Below are positions 31,645 through 47,700 of a stretch of 64,000 nt of DNA, one piece after another. Below the pieces are notes generated by a model. The model made no database searches and was not told the origin of the DNA. It saw only the letters and a list, made by a program, of their open reading frames with translations. Source of the DNA: the human T2T-CHM13v2.0 reference genome, Homo sapiens. Numbering within the stretch: the first letter of the stretch is position 1; each line of letters starts with the position of its first letter. A program made the translations under genes and the position numbers. The stretch is from NCBI RefSeq assembly GCF_009914755.1, contig NC_060929.1. One strand, 5' to 3'.

Positions 31645-31838
31645 CACTAATTCTCAGACTTGACTGTGGACCATGGGTCATCTGGGAAGCTTGTCAAAGA
31701 TTCAGATATCTGAGTCCTACAATACAGATTATTTTTCCATTCTTCGGACGTTGCTCAAGAAGCAACAACTTTTTTTAAACAAACACCTGTGTGATTCTGA
31801 TGTAGTCAATTCAGAAACAACACTTTGCAAAAAAACTG
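31645..31838. mobile_element. MER5B-like hAT MITE
   Basis: TIR-like ends CACTAATTCTCAGACT and ACACTTTGCAAAAAAACTG. Internal CATCTGGGAAGCTTG and TTTTAAACAAACACCTGTGTGATTCTGATG. Confidence 0.75.
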
Positions 31839-32449
31839 TTCTTAAAAAAACACATTTTTCCTTTGTTCATCAGACATAAACATATAGAGAACCTAAGATG
31901 ATGCAGTAAGTACTTGAAAGCATTTTTAGCATTAATTTGCTCAAATTACAACCGATTGTACTTAAGATTTTGACTACCGAAAATAATAAAATAAATTATT
32001 TGGTTAAAAAAGAAATTTAAGCCTTAGCACATATTTTTATTTGCTAATCAATAAACCTAAGTACTAACAAGACTGTGCCATTTTTCTGATTTATAAAACT
32101 GTTGTATTGATAACTATGTAAAGACAATAGTTATCTATGTTACTTAACTGAAAGTAATATAGATATGTTCATCATAAATAATATAAATATTTTTCATTAT
32201 AAAAAATTAATTGTATTATAAATAACATTAATGGTATTTGTAAATTAATATATACTAATCATAATAAATAATATATTAACACAATACTATTTATCATCAA
32301 TGTTAATAATAAATAATTGTCAAAAATAATGATATTAGATAAAACATACATTTTTGAATGTATCAAATAGTCTTGATTACAACATTGCCTAGGAAGATGA
32401 AAATCAATTCTATTTACTATCAATCAAAATCTTGTAAAATATGGGTTTT

Positions 32450-32655
32450 TTTACAAGAAAAAAAAACCATTAAAAAGTGGGCAAAGGACATGAACAGACA
32501 CTTCTCAAAAGAAGACATTTATGTGCCTAACAAACACATGAAAAAAAGCTCAACATTACTGATCATTAGAGAAATGCAAATCAAAACCACAATGAGATAC
32601 CATCTCATGCTTGTTAGAATAGCACATGTACCCTAAAACTTAAAGTATAATAAAA

Positions 32656-32690
<35 letters not shown>

Positions 32691-33398
32691 ATAGAATGGC
32701 AATTATTACAAAGTCAAGAAACAACAGATGCTGGTGAGGCTATGGAGAAATAGGAACACTTTTATACTGTTGGTGGGAATGTGAATTAGTTCAACCATTG
32801 TGAAAGAGTGTGGCTATTCCTCAAAGACCTGGAACCAGAAATACTATTTGACCCAGCAATCCCATTATCAGGTATATACAAAAGGAATATAAATCATTCT
32901 ATTATAAAGATACATGCACACATATCTTCACTGCAGCACTATTAATAATAGTAAAGACATAGAACCAACTCAAATGCCCATCAGTGATAGACTGGATGAA
33001 GAAAATGTGGTAAATATATACCATGGAATACTATGCAGCCATAAAAAGGAACGAGATCATATCCTTTGCAGGACATGGATGGAGCTGGAGGCCATTATCC
33101 TCAGCAAATTAATGCAGGAAGAGAAAACCAAACACCCCATGTTCTCACTTATAAGTGAGAGCTAAACAATGAGAACACATGGACACAGGGAGGGGAACAA
33201 CACACACTGGGGCCTGCATAGGGGGAGCACAGTCGGAGGGAGAGTATCAGGATAAATAAATGCATGTGAGGCTTAATACCTAGGTGATGGGTTGATAGGT
33301 GCAGCAGACCACCATAGCACATGTTTACCTATGTAACAAATGTGCAGGTCATGCACATGTATCCCAGAACTTAAAATAAAATAAAACTAAATTAAACT

Positions 33399-33402
<4 letters not shown>
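32450..33402 (+). mobile_element. 5'-truncated L1PA11-13-like 3' end
   Basis: ORF 32358-32636 contains [16 protein letters not shown]...[14 protein letters not shown]. 3'UTR has TCAGGATAAAT...GCTTAATACCTAGGTGATGG...ATCCCAGAACTTAAAATAAAA. Confidence 0.95.
32621..32692 (+). mobile_element. About 30-bp younger L1PA 3' terminus with (TAAA)n tail, nested in the older L1
   Basis: GCACATGTACCCTAAAACTTAAAGTATAAT plus (AAAT)n interrupts host GTTAGAATGGC. TSD (T)AGAAT at 32615-32620 and 32692-32697. Confidence 0.9.

Positions 33403-33447
<45 letters not shown>
33402..33447. repeat. (AT)23 microsatellite at the L1 tail
   Basis: Perfect run. Confidence 0.97.
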
Positions 33448-33451
<4 letters not shown>

Positions 33452-33484
33452 GCATGTGTGTGTGTGTAGATATACATGTACATT

Positions 33485-33700
33485 TTAATGCAGTGATTAC
33501 CTTACTAGAAAATAAGGAAATAGTTGACTTTTAATAATTTTACATATAAGGATGTTAATTACAGTACTGTTTATAATAGCCAAAAGCAGGAAACATCATA
33601 AATAATATGAATTTTAAAATCATCATAAATAATATTAATTTTTAAAATGAGAATATTTCTATTGAAAGATGATATTTAGCTACATTGTAGTAAGTACAAA
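33485..33700 (+). mobile_element. Old L1M 3' fragment
   Basis: AAGGATGTTAATTACAGTACTGTTTATAATAGCCAAAAGCAGGAAAC. Confidence 0.55.
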
Positions 33701-34369
33701 ATACTGCTACTACTATTACCATAATCATGATAATAATTAACAATTTTACTTGTGTGTACAACTTACGAAATATCAAACCAAAAAAAGATGCTTTTTTTTT
33801 TTAATCAATGGATGATTCCTACTCCTAAATAAATTTATTTAAGTAATCTTTTTGGGTAGAGTCAGTGTTGCCACTATGACTTGATAATGTATTTATCTGG
33901 GTTACATACAATTAAATTATTTAAATCTTTAATCCCTTGATCCCTAAATGGAATGTAGTGCACCTGCATTATATTCTCTAAGAAGAAATATAATTCCAAT
34001 TAAAAACATTTATATTGTATTTTATATATTAACCTTACTTTAGAACTTAATGGATGTTCAGCAAATTAGGTATATTTTATAAGGTATTTAATGATTTATA
34101 AATAGAAAGTATAAATTGAAATATTATATGTAGGCCAATATTAAAATAAAAATGAAAAGAAATTATTAATTCTTTTCCTTAAACACTTATCAACTGCTAT
34201 CTCCAAATCATGACATAATTTTTTCCTTGTCTCAGTGTTAGATGGAGTTGATTTTTTAAATTATACAAATAATCCATAATCAGAGTAGAATGACTTTAAT
34301 ATGACATATGATCATATTTCAATTTTGTGCTAATGTATACACATACCTTAACATGTAATGCATTTTCTA

Positions 34370-34700
34370 TCACCAGATATTATGATGTTTCCTTTTTCTG
34401 GCTATCATAAACAGTGCTGTAATGAGCATCCTTATATGTATAATTATTTAAAAATCACCTTTCTCTAGTACAGTGATAACTGCATTAAAATATGCCTATA
34501 TTTTAAAAGCTTTTGATTGATAGTAAACAGAATTGATTTTCATCTTCCTAGGCAATGTTTTAAACGAGATTATTCTATTCCTTCAAAAATGTACATTTTT
34601 ATCTTACATCTTTGATAAAGTTCTAGGCTTATTATTATTTTTTGTTCAAAATGGCAGGGTCATTTTTCTTTGTGAAATTGCAGTTCTTTTTGTTCAGTTT
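34370..34700 (-). mobile_element. Old L1M fragment
   Basis: TGTTTCCTTTTTCTGGCTATCATAAACAGTGCTGTAATGAGCATCCTT. Confidence 0.55.
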
Positions 34701-34982
34701 AAGTAACGTGTGGAGTACTTAAAATACTGTTTCGCTTAAGCATTGGAGTGTTCACACTTCAGGTGGTAGATATAAAAGAGATGAGGAAGGTGGAGTCCCT
34801 GTCACCTTACAGTTTGGTCTCAAATAGGTTGAGAATTACCATGCTGTACATGGATTATCATTTTTTAAATGTTTATAATTTATTAAACTATCACTAATAC
34901 TAAAAGAGTCCTAAATGTTACCTGTCTATGAATTAGCACAAGTCCCTTTGTGACCCAATTTAGGTATCTGCAGACATTTAAT

Positions 34983-35965
34983 ATTATTCATCTGTTTAAC
35001 TGACATTTATTTTATATCTAACATGTGCAGAAGCTTTGGAGAATGCAAATTAATTCTTAAAGTACCATATACACATATGTAAAATGCAAATATCCATACA
35101 AGGAAAACACAAATATCCATAAAAGCCCTGTATATTTAATGATGAACAAATGGTATAAGCCATAAATGTTTTAGAATTCATAGAATGAGAGTCCACTGTG
35201 GCCTGGAAAAGTCATGGAAGGCTCATGAAGTGGTTGATGCTTGGGCTAAAAATTTAAGAAAAGGTAGGACTAGGCTATTGAACAGGGTCAGTGAGGAGCA
35301 AAGGCATAGCAAGGTAGCAATGAGCAAGGCATAGTTGAAGGAGAGTGACTAGATGGAATTAGCTGAAAGGAAGTCTATGGGTAAAGAATAATGATTATAC
35401 ATTTGAAAACTTAGGAGAAAGCCAAATTGCAAAGGGCCCAAGTGCAGGGTTAAAGGCTTTAGTTTTATGTCCCATATCTTTGAAAATGTACAAGGGGGAA
35501 AGTGGTATGAGATGTTTAAGATAGATAAATCAAACAATGTGATAAATGATAGAGTAGAATAAAAAGAATGAGTGGGGTAATTATTTAGGCTGTTATTGAT
35601 ATACTACAAATACGAGATAATCAGAATCAAAAATAAGACCATGGCATTGATAATGAGAAGAAAGGTATAATGTGAAGAAAGACAAATTGGGGTCAGATGA
35701 ACTTGCTTTTGATCTGTTTAACTTGAGGTAAGAATTAGAGCCTGGAGTTGGATCTGGAAACCACAGACTAGAACTGGAAGGGGTGACCAGGCCAGTTCAT
35801 TATGAATCATCATGATAAACGTACTATCTGCAGCCATGAGACTAAAGAAAATCACTAAAAGAAAGCGTGAGAAGAGTCGAACAAGGAGACCTGAATCTTG
35901 GAGAAATGCTATGGGGGTAAATGGGAAGAAAATATCAGAGAGTTAGAAAGAGGATGAAACAGTAT
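34983..35965 (-). mobile_element. L2 (L2c/d-like); weaker pieces may continue at about 36600-37050 and 37430-37790
   Basis: TTATTCATCTGTTTAACTGACATTTATT terminus and purine-rich L2 motifs (GGAAAAGTCATGGAAGGCTCATG, GAGCAAAGGCATAG). Confidence 0.6.
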
Positions 35966-38900
35966 GCAAAAACTGGCACTTCCTGTCAGAGAGCCTAAAA
36001 ACATCCAGCAGGTAATTGTTTTTTAATCCTAACTACTAGATAACCAGGAACAGGAGACATTTTTTTCTGTAACATGTCGGTAGGACACTTAATATCAAAA
36101 ATAGCTGCCAGAATTGTAGATTAGGGGAAGTTACCTTTGATTGTTTTTATTTCTGAGACATATTATTTCTACCCTTCAGACTAATGTGCATATATTGATC
36201 TCTGATTACCGAATCCATTTCTGCAGATCTTCATTAAGTCTTGAGTTTCTGTCAATCCTTCAAAAATGCTAAAATTTATTCTCTTTTTTTCTCTTTCCTC
36301 ATTCTAGCCAAAGAGGGATATAATCTGGTTCTCAAATTAAAGTTCAGAAAACTGAGAGAAACTGGTAATTTAAATCATCTCCAGAAGATATAGGGATACT
36401 TTCATTAATCTAGGAGTATCTCTAATTCATGAATTCTGATGGATGTATCTTTGAGTTGGAAATCTCTCCTCCAAAACCATTATTCAGGCAAGCCAAAGCC
36501 AACACTAGAATAACAAATGTCTAATATCTTGCTGAATGCTGTGAAGTTACTATACCAGTAATACCTGGTGCAGTCATGTTGAAATGACCATATCTAGAAG
36601 TTTCTTTAAATTATTCTAGAATTAATTTGAGGCCGGAGCAAGTTAAAAATATAGAGTGGCAGAAGAAAGAAGAGTTGAAGGTTAGTCATGAAAAGTTAAG
36701 GGAACAATAGCACCCTAGGAGAGAGGATGGGGAGACCTAAAACTACTGATGGTAGAGCTCACCTCTGGCAGCATAGTGAGAAAGACTGAATGCATTGGGC
36801 TAGCTAAGAAGAATTGCAAACCCAGGGTTTCTGAAGTACATAAGGTGCTGGCAGTTGTATATTATGAGTGGAGGTATGTCAGGCAAAGGAATCAGAATTG
36901 AAGATAAGGAGATTGGGAAATGAAAGTATTATTTTCAGGTAGAGAAGTAAAGGGTGTCGTCATGCTGTTGAGAAAGTTGATGTAGAATGAAAATAAAAAT
37001 TGAATTAAAGAGAGTGGGATATGGTGAGGCTTAATTACTACATGAGCAACTTGAATATATGTGAAAATTATGGATGATGATGGGACTGCATAGGAAAAAA
37101 ATAAAAGATGATATATTTCCTAAAGGCATTATTAAAGAGAACATTCACGGTGTAAAACAATAACAGCAATAATTTTAAAATCCATTTCTCCAAATTTTTC
37201 TTAGGTATCATATGAAAATAATTTTTATTTTCTAATATATTAGAAAACATTAGGTTAACAAAGAAAATCAGGTTTCTTTTTCTCTGTACTCTCAGCACTT
37301 TTAATTAATTAACACTGTGAAACCCTAAGAGAGAGAGGTATATGATATATTTTATTTAAGATATATAATCTTTTTCTTCCCTAGAACCTCTCAAGGAACT
37401 GTTAAAATATTGCTCAAGTTGCCCTGGAGAGGTCAAAGTTTGACTGCATCCTCTGTAAAAGAGAATAGAATTAAGGTTTCAATGACTTGGACCATAGGGA
37501 GTTTAACACTAAATAAAGTGGAGATATATAGGAAAAGGTGAAGCAACAAAGAAGATTTTGTTCTAGTGGCATGATTTTTGTCACCAGGCAAAGAAGAAAG
37601 ACATAGTGGAGGGCCTGCTTGACAAGAGAGTCTGAGGAACCCAGGGGGCTGAGCTGGGTTTGACTGAAATGGTATGGAAGAAAGCATTAGATGTGAAAGT
37701 TGGTTGAAGTCCATCAGTAATAAAGAAAGGAGATTGGGAAGAAGCTGTATGACAATCAACACACAGGTCTGAAAATGGTGTCATTGAAAGTATGATTGTT
37801 TGGAATTTACATAAATGAGACATTATAGAAAACAGATTCATCATAATTAACTTCTCATTAAATAATTCAATAAACCTGCAGATATGCCTATTTCTAAATC
37901 ATTCCAAAACTTATATTAGGAATAGTACTCAAAATAACAGGGTGGCAACATTTTAAGCCATCATTATCATCCATGGAAGTATAATATAATTTGGGTCCAT
38001 TTTCATCTAAATATCTATGTTAAAAAAACATTTTTCAGCATTGCAATAACTCTTTAAATAAAAACAATGCTCCATGTAATAAATAATTTCACTATTTGAT
38101 TTTCTTACTTAATTCTCCATATAAAAAAGAGGAAGAAAACAAAGCAACATTAATTTGGTTTTCACTGCTCCATTTGAGTCCCTGTAGTTAGCCTCTGTAA
38201 AGTAATTCACATTTTCATGTAAGACATTTCCAAATGGTCTAGTCGTGTGAATTGGGGTTTATATCTGTGACTATCTCCAAGTTTCTTTATCTGTCCTAAG
38301 CAGCAGGTTTCTTATCTGACAGCCTGATAATTATGGAAGAACCTGCATGTTAATGATTCAGTACTTACATAAACAACTGGCCTTGGATAAATCTAATAAA
38401 CTGACTTTGTAGGATTTGATTTTTCCTAATTAAATGTAAATAATGTTAAATGTTGTATATGCCAGGATTTCTGCAGAACCTTATGAATTTTTTTATGAAT
38501 GCCAAGCCTTATGAATTCAGAGTTTTTAACAGTTATCTTCTAATTCAGCTATTAGGATAATATGGTTTGACATCAGATATACTCTATGATTGTGAGGTAC
38601 CAACACACGTGCACACTAAGTGTTTATGTATGCAAGATATAATTCTCAATTGTTGCTTTTTATTTTTTGATTCTTTCCTTTGAAGTTGGCAGCTTGTACA
38701 TTTTTATCTGAAGGTCCAAATCTGCATCTTACTTTGAAGGAACAAATGGGCTCCATGTGGTGCTTGGCTTTCCTTTGCTCATCTCTATTACCTTCTATCA
38801 GTATGAAATGTATTCTGACATAGTTTTTTCACTTAAGTATATGCACCTGATTTTTTCCATTGGTCTTTTGCTAACACATGCCTCCATTTAAGGATATGTA

Positions 38901-39343
38901 CAAGGATTGGCTTTTAAAACAAGAGAATAGTGTCATTTAGGAACAAATGTACATTAAGCATATATATTTGAGTAAATGGTATTTCCATCTTTTCTGGAAT
39001 AGAGAGAAGAAAAACATTGCTCAATTTTTTTCTAATTTGGAAAAAAATATAAATAAAAAGTTGCCTAGTTTTTGTTTTTTCCTTTCAGACTTTTATTAAA
39101 ATTTCAGGGGTACATGTGCAGGTTTGTTATATAGGTAAACTACATGCCATGGGTGTTTGGTGTACAGATTATTTCATCACCCAGGTAATAAGCATGGTAT
39201 CTGATAGGTAGTTTACCAATCCTCACCTTCTTCCCACCTTCTACCCATAAGTAAGCCCTGGTTTCTATTGTTCCCTTCTTTGAGTCCCTGTGTAATCAAT
39301 GTTTAGCTCCCACTTAAAAATGAGTAGATGTGGTATTTGATTT

Positions 39344-39519
39344 CTTTTTCTTTTTTTTAACTAAAGTCCTCACTTTATTCAGATGTCTTTGTTTTGTTTT
39401 TTTCCTGAAGTTCTTTTTGTTTTTCAATATTCCACATTCCATTAATTGTCATTTATTCTTAGGCTTCCCCTGGCTCTGGCAGTTTCTTAGACTTTCCTTG
39501 TATTTGACAACGCTAAGAG
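39344..39519 (-). other. L1 3'-transduced flank (L1MC/L1MD-like 3'UTR sequence) with second poly(A) tail
   Basis: Lies between the inner L1's own tail (39520-39550) and a second poly(T) (39344-39358), inside the TSD pair. Minus-strand AATAAA at 39374-39379 is 15 nt from the second tail. Confidence 0.85.
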
Positions 39520-42326
<2,807 letters not shown>

Positions 42327-44319
42327 TGCGGTATTTGATTTTCTGTTCCTGTGTTAGTTTGCTTAAGATAATGGTTTCCAGCTCCATCCATATTGCTGCA
42401 AAGGACATGATCTCATTCTGTTTTATGGCTGTGTTGTATTCCATGGTGTATATGTACCACATTTTCATTATGCAGTCTACTATTGGTGGACATCTAGGTT
42501 GATTCCATGTCTTTGCTGTTGTGAATAATGATGCGTTTAGCATACATGTGCATGTGTCTGTATGGTAGAATGATTTATATTCCCTTGGGTATATATCCAA
42601 TAATGGGGTCGCTGGTGCAAATGGTAGTTCTATTTTAAGTTCTTGGAGAAATCACCAAATTGCTTTCCATGGTGGCTGTACTAACTTACACTCCCACCAA
42701 CAGGGTATAAGTGTTCCCTTTTGTCTGAAACCTCACCAACATCTGTTATCTTTTGACTTTTTAATAATAGCCATTATGACTTGTGTGGGATGGTATTTCA
42801 TTGTGGTTTAGATTTGCATTTCTCTAATGATTAGTGAGTTAAGCATTTTTTCATATGCTTTTGAGAAGTGTTTCTTGATGTCCTTTTCCCACTTTTTGGG
42901 GTTGTTTGTTTTATTGTTTGTCAGTTTATTTAATTTTTTAACAGATTCTAGATATTAGATCTTTGTTGGATGCATAGTTTGGAAATATTTTCTCCCATTC
43001 TGTAGGTTGTCTATTTACTCTGATAGTGTCTTTTGCTGTGCAGAAGCTCTTTAGTTTAATTAGGTCCCATTTGGCTATTTTTGTTTTTCTTGCAATTGCT
43101 TTTGGCATTTTCATTATGAAATCTTTGCCAGGACCTATGTCCAGAATGGTATTTCCTAGGTTTTCTTCAAGGGTTTTTATAGTTTTAGACTTAACATTTA
43201 AATCTTTAAATGGTTGTAGGCTTTATATTTAAATCTTTAAATCTTTACATTTAAATCTCTATATGGTGTAAGGAAGGAGTCCTGTTTCAATCTTCTGCAT
43301 ATGGCTGGCCAATTATGTGAGCACCATTTATTGAATAGGAAGTCCTTTCCAATTGCTTGTTATTGTTGACTTTGTCAAAGATCAGATGGTTGTAGGTATA
43401 TGGCTTTATCTCTGGGCTCTCTAGTCTCTTCCATTGGTCTATGTGTCTGTTTTTGTACCAGCACCATGCTGTTTTGGTTACTGTAGCCTTGTAGTATAGT
43501 TTGAAATCAGGTAATGTGACGCTTGTTCTTTTTGGTTAGGGATTGCTTTGGCTATTCAGGGTCTTTTTTAGTTCCATATGAATTTTAGAATAGTTTTTTC
43601 CTAATTATGTGAAGAATGTCATTGGTAGTTTGATAGCAATAGCATTAAATCTGTAAATTGCTTTGGGAAGTATGGCCATTTTAATGATATTGATTCTTTC
43701 TATCCATGAGAAAATTGCCTAGTTTTTAAAATGGTACTCAGCACAAAGATTTCAAAAGTATTTTGCAAAGGAAGGTGAGGCTGATGACTACCCTTAGAGA
43801 TCTACAGCTATTCACCATCTCTTACTCAATGTAGTTTGTGGACAGTTGCATATATCAGTGGCATGGTTGCATGGATGCAGTAGGCCATAAGTGAAACAGA
43901 AGAAACATTTTGTGTAAAATAATAATGAATAAGAAACATCACTTCCTTCATTCTAGGTCTCTAATCAACACAGTCATCCTGATCTTTGTAGTCCTATATT
44001 GGTTCTTCTTAGAAAAAAAAAAAAAAAGTCAATCCCTGAATAATCTGGTCATGTTATCAGGTAAAATTTTTCTATTGGCCTTTACTGGGAATCATTTTAT
44101 ATTTTGAGTGAATGAGTAAAAGAGAATAAAAAAGAGAAAAAGACAAAGACATAAAAATAGAAGACTGACTAAAGACAACTTATCTTTAAATATGGAGAGC
44201 AATATCCAATTAATATTTTTATTATTTCAACTCTCAAAACCTATGAGGTTATAGTGAAAATTTGCTAGGTAAAACTCAGGTCTCATTGACCCCCAAATCT
44301 GCCCCAGGTAATTCATACA

Positions 44320-44490
44320 CTTCTCTGTTATAATGGATAAGTTAATTATCTTTTACTTTAAGAGTTGGGTTTCTCTGTCTGTAAAATATAAATGGTAAGA
44401 ATAAGTAAATACTTATGGTTGTATTTGTGAATAAATGAGATAGCATTAAAAAAAACTAGCCAGTATAAGGCATACATGCAGTACAGAATT
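44320..44490 (+). mobile_element. MIR fragment
   Basis: GTTTCTCTGTCTGTAAAAT...GAATAAATGAGATAGCAT. Confidence 0.7.
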
Positions 44491-44754
44491 CTTCACTGTG
44501 GTGGTAAACACATTTCCTGGAGCCTCCATTTTTACCCCACTATGTCATTAGACCATAATCAGGAAATATTAGGATACGATCTCATTATCTGATGCCATAG
44601 AGATAAGTAAAAACTGCCTGTGTTTGCTTCTATTTGGGGAATATATTTTTTAAGAAAAATCTCAAGACAGGAAGCCAAACTCTTTTAAAATTGACTAATA
44701 CCTTAAAATGGAACTATTGAGCATTAAGTATGCTATCCAAATAATATAAAATAG

Positions 44755-47700
44755 ACATTCATTTATTCACTTAACAAGTACACATTTTCTATTTGTTGAG
44801 TGCTTACTAGCTCTGAATCTATTCTAGATACTGGGACACCAGCATTGAACAAAATGAATGAAGTCTCTACTCTCATGGAGCTTGCTATCTTGTGGAAGAG
44901 ATAAAAATAAATAAATAGATAGTAATGAGCTTTGAAGAAGATAATTCTAGTGAGAGTAGAAAGTGACAGGGGATGGTGGTGGTGGCTATTCTAGACAGGA
45001 GATAAGGAATGACTTCTCAGTGGAGGTGACATTTCTGCTGAGATATGGATAGTACAATAATTAGCCATGATACAGTACAAAAGTGCTTCTACAGAGAAAA
45101 GCAAGTACAAATTTTTAAGGCTATGAAAAACGCAGTGTTTTGTGAAACACAGAATAACCCAGTGTGGCTGGAGCATACTGAGTAAACTCTAGCATGGAGA
45201 GGAATGAGTACAGGAAAGTAGGCATAGGCCAAAATTATCTAGGACATCAAAGACCATGGTAAGGAGGCTTAATTTTATTCTAAGATAAGCAGGAAGCTAT
45301 GAGATGCTCTAAGCAGGGAAGAAACATGATATGATTTACCTTATTAAAAATGATCTCTCTAATTGGCAGTATTGGGACAGAAGAAAAAATAAGGAGACTA
45401 GTTAGGAAACCATCATAATCCAAGTGAGAGATAACAAACTATGAAACTAGGGTGCTAGTGCTGGAAACTGAAAAATAATTGTATTTGGGATATATTTGGA
45501 AAGTACTGTTGAAATAATTTGAAGAAGGATCAAATTTGACCAAAACAGAGAAATCAAAAATGACTTCTAGGATTTGGCCTGAGCAACTGGATGAAAGGTG
45601 ATAGTATCATGGAGTCAAAGAACAGGATGACTTTAGGAGTCATAAAACTAAGAATTTGTTTTGGATTTGTTAGTCTAAACAGATTATTAAATCTCAAAGT
45701 TCAATTAATGAGTCTGAAGCTCAGGGAAGAGGTGACAGCTGAAAGTACCCATTTGGGAGTCACCAGCAAATAGATGATGTTTAAAACATTGGGACTGGAT
45801 GAAATCACTCAGAGAGAGTATAATTAGAATTACGGTTAATATCTACATGTTAGGGAATTGCAACATTTAGAGGTTTAGAAGAAGAAAAGGAGTCAGCAAA
45901 AGAGAATGACAAGTTTCAGTGAGGTTGAAGGATAACAAGGGACGCCAACTGAAGAAAGTGTTTCAAGAAGGAAAAGATATTAACTACATTATAAGCTGCT
46001 CAGAAATGAATTAGCTTGAAAACACAGAGCTGAACCCTGGATTGGCATGATGGGAACTGATAATGCCCCTAGAAAGTGCTGTGTCAGTGGAGTAGTGGGT
46101 GTTAAACTCTGATTCATATGGGCTAGAGAAAGTAAGAAAATGGGGGAAAATAAGAACTCCTTAAGCTGTTTTGTTGAAAAAAAAAAAAAAGGAACAACAA
46201 AATAGATAGATGTGGGGTCAAAGGGGTTTATTTTATAGTATGGGAGCTATCAGAGAATGTTTGTATGCAAATAGAGTACTTCAGTAGAAAGAGAAAATTG
46301 GTGAAATAGAGGAAAAAATTACAAGAATGATTACCTTGATTAGGTGGAGAGGGATAGGTAAACAAATATGAGAGAGTAGCCACAGATAGCAGCAGAGCAG
46401 TTCATCCATAGTAAGGGAAGAGTAGACTGAGTATCAGGTAAAGATGCAGGTAGTCTGATTTATTCCATGGTGAAAAGGTGATTTATTTCTCTTATAATTG
46501 TTTCTATTTTTTTCCGCAGTTAGTAAGGTATAGTTGGCATATAGTTGGGATACTCTACACATATACTACACTACACACTACATATAAGTGTACTATTTGT
46601 TATGTTTTGGCAAATGCATTCCTCAGTGAAGCCATCACGAAAATCAAGACTGTGAATAAATCTATCACTCCCACAAGTTTACTTATGACCCTTTATAATC
46701 TCTCCCTGCACTTCTGTGCCTCCATCTTTATTCTCCCCAGTCAGCCACTGATCAAATTTCTGTCACTATAAATTATTTTGTATTTTCTAGAGTTCTGTAC
46801 AAATAGAACCATACGGTAAATATATGATTTGTCTGGCTTCTTGCTCTCAGCATAGTTCTTCTGAAAAATCATCCATGTTGTTGTATATATCTATAGTTCA
46901 TTCCTTTATATTGCTTAGTAATATTCCGCTGTATGGATATAACATATTTGTTTACCTAATCACTTGTTGATAGATGTTTGGATTGTTTCCAGTTTTTTAC
47001 TAGTACAAATAAAGCTACTATAAACGTCCCTATATAAATCTTTGTATACCTGTATACTAATTTTTCTCTCCTGGAAAAATTTATCTCGTCACTTAGAAGT
47101 GGACTAGATAAATCAGATGATAGATGTATTTTAACATTTAAAGAAATGAACAAACTGTTTTCCAAAACGGTTATGCCATTTTTATATTTCCATCAGCAGT
47201 ATATGAGAGTTTCAGTTCCTCAACATTCTCCCCAATGATTGGTATGATCACGTTTGTTGATTTTAGTTATACTAATGGGTTTGTAGTGTTTTTTAATTTT
47301 GGTTTTAATTTGCATTTCCCTAATGATTGATAATATTGAGCATATATCTTTTTAATCTACCTATTTGGTAAAGTTCAAATATTTTGCCCATATTTTAAAA
47401 AATGAATGATTTCTTTCCTTACTATTGAGTTTTTAGAATTTTTTATATATTCTGGATGCAAGTCCTTCACTGGATATATTACTTGCAATAATGTTCTCTC
47501 AGTCTGTGGCTTGTCTTTTCATTGTCTTAACAGTGTTTTTTTAAAAAGCAGATGTTTTAAAATTTAAGTCTAATTCATCAAAGTATTATTTCATGTGTCG
47601 TATTTTTAACGTCATATCTATGGAATTTTGGGCTAACAGATGATCAAAAGGATTTTTTTGAGATTACGTAGTGTTAGCCACACAACTTTTTGTTTATCTT

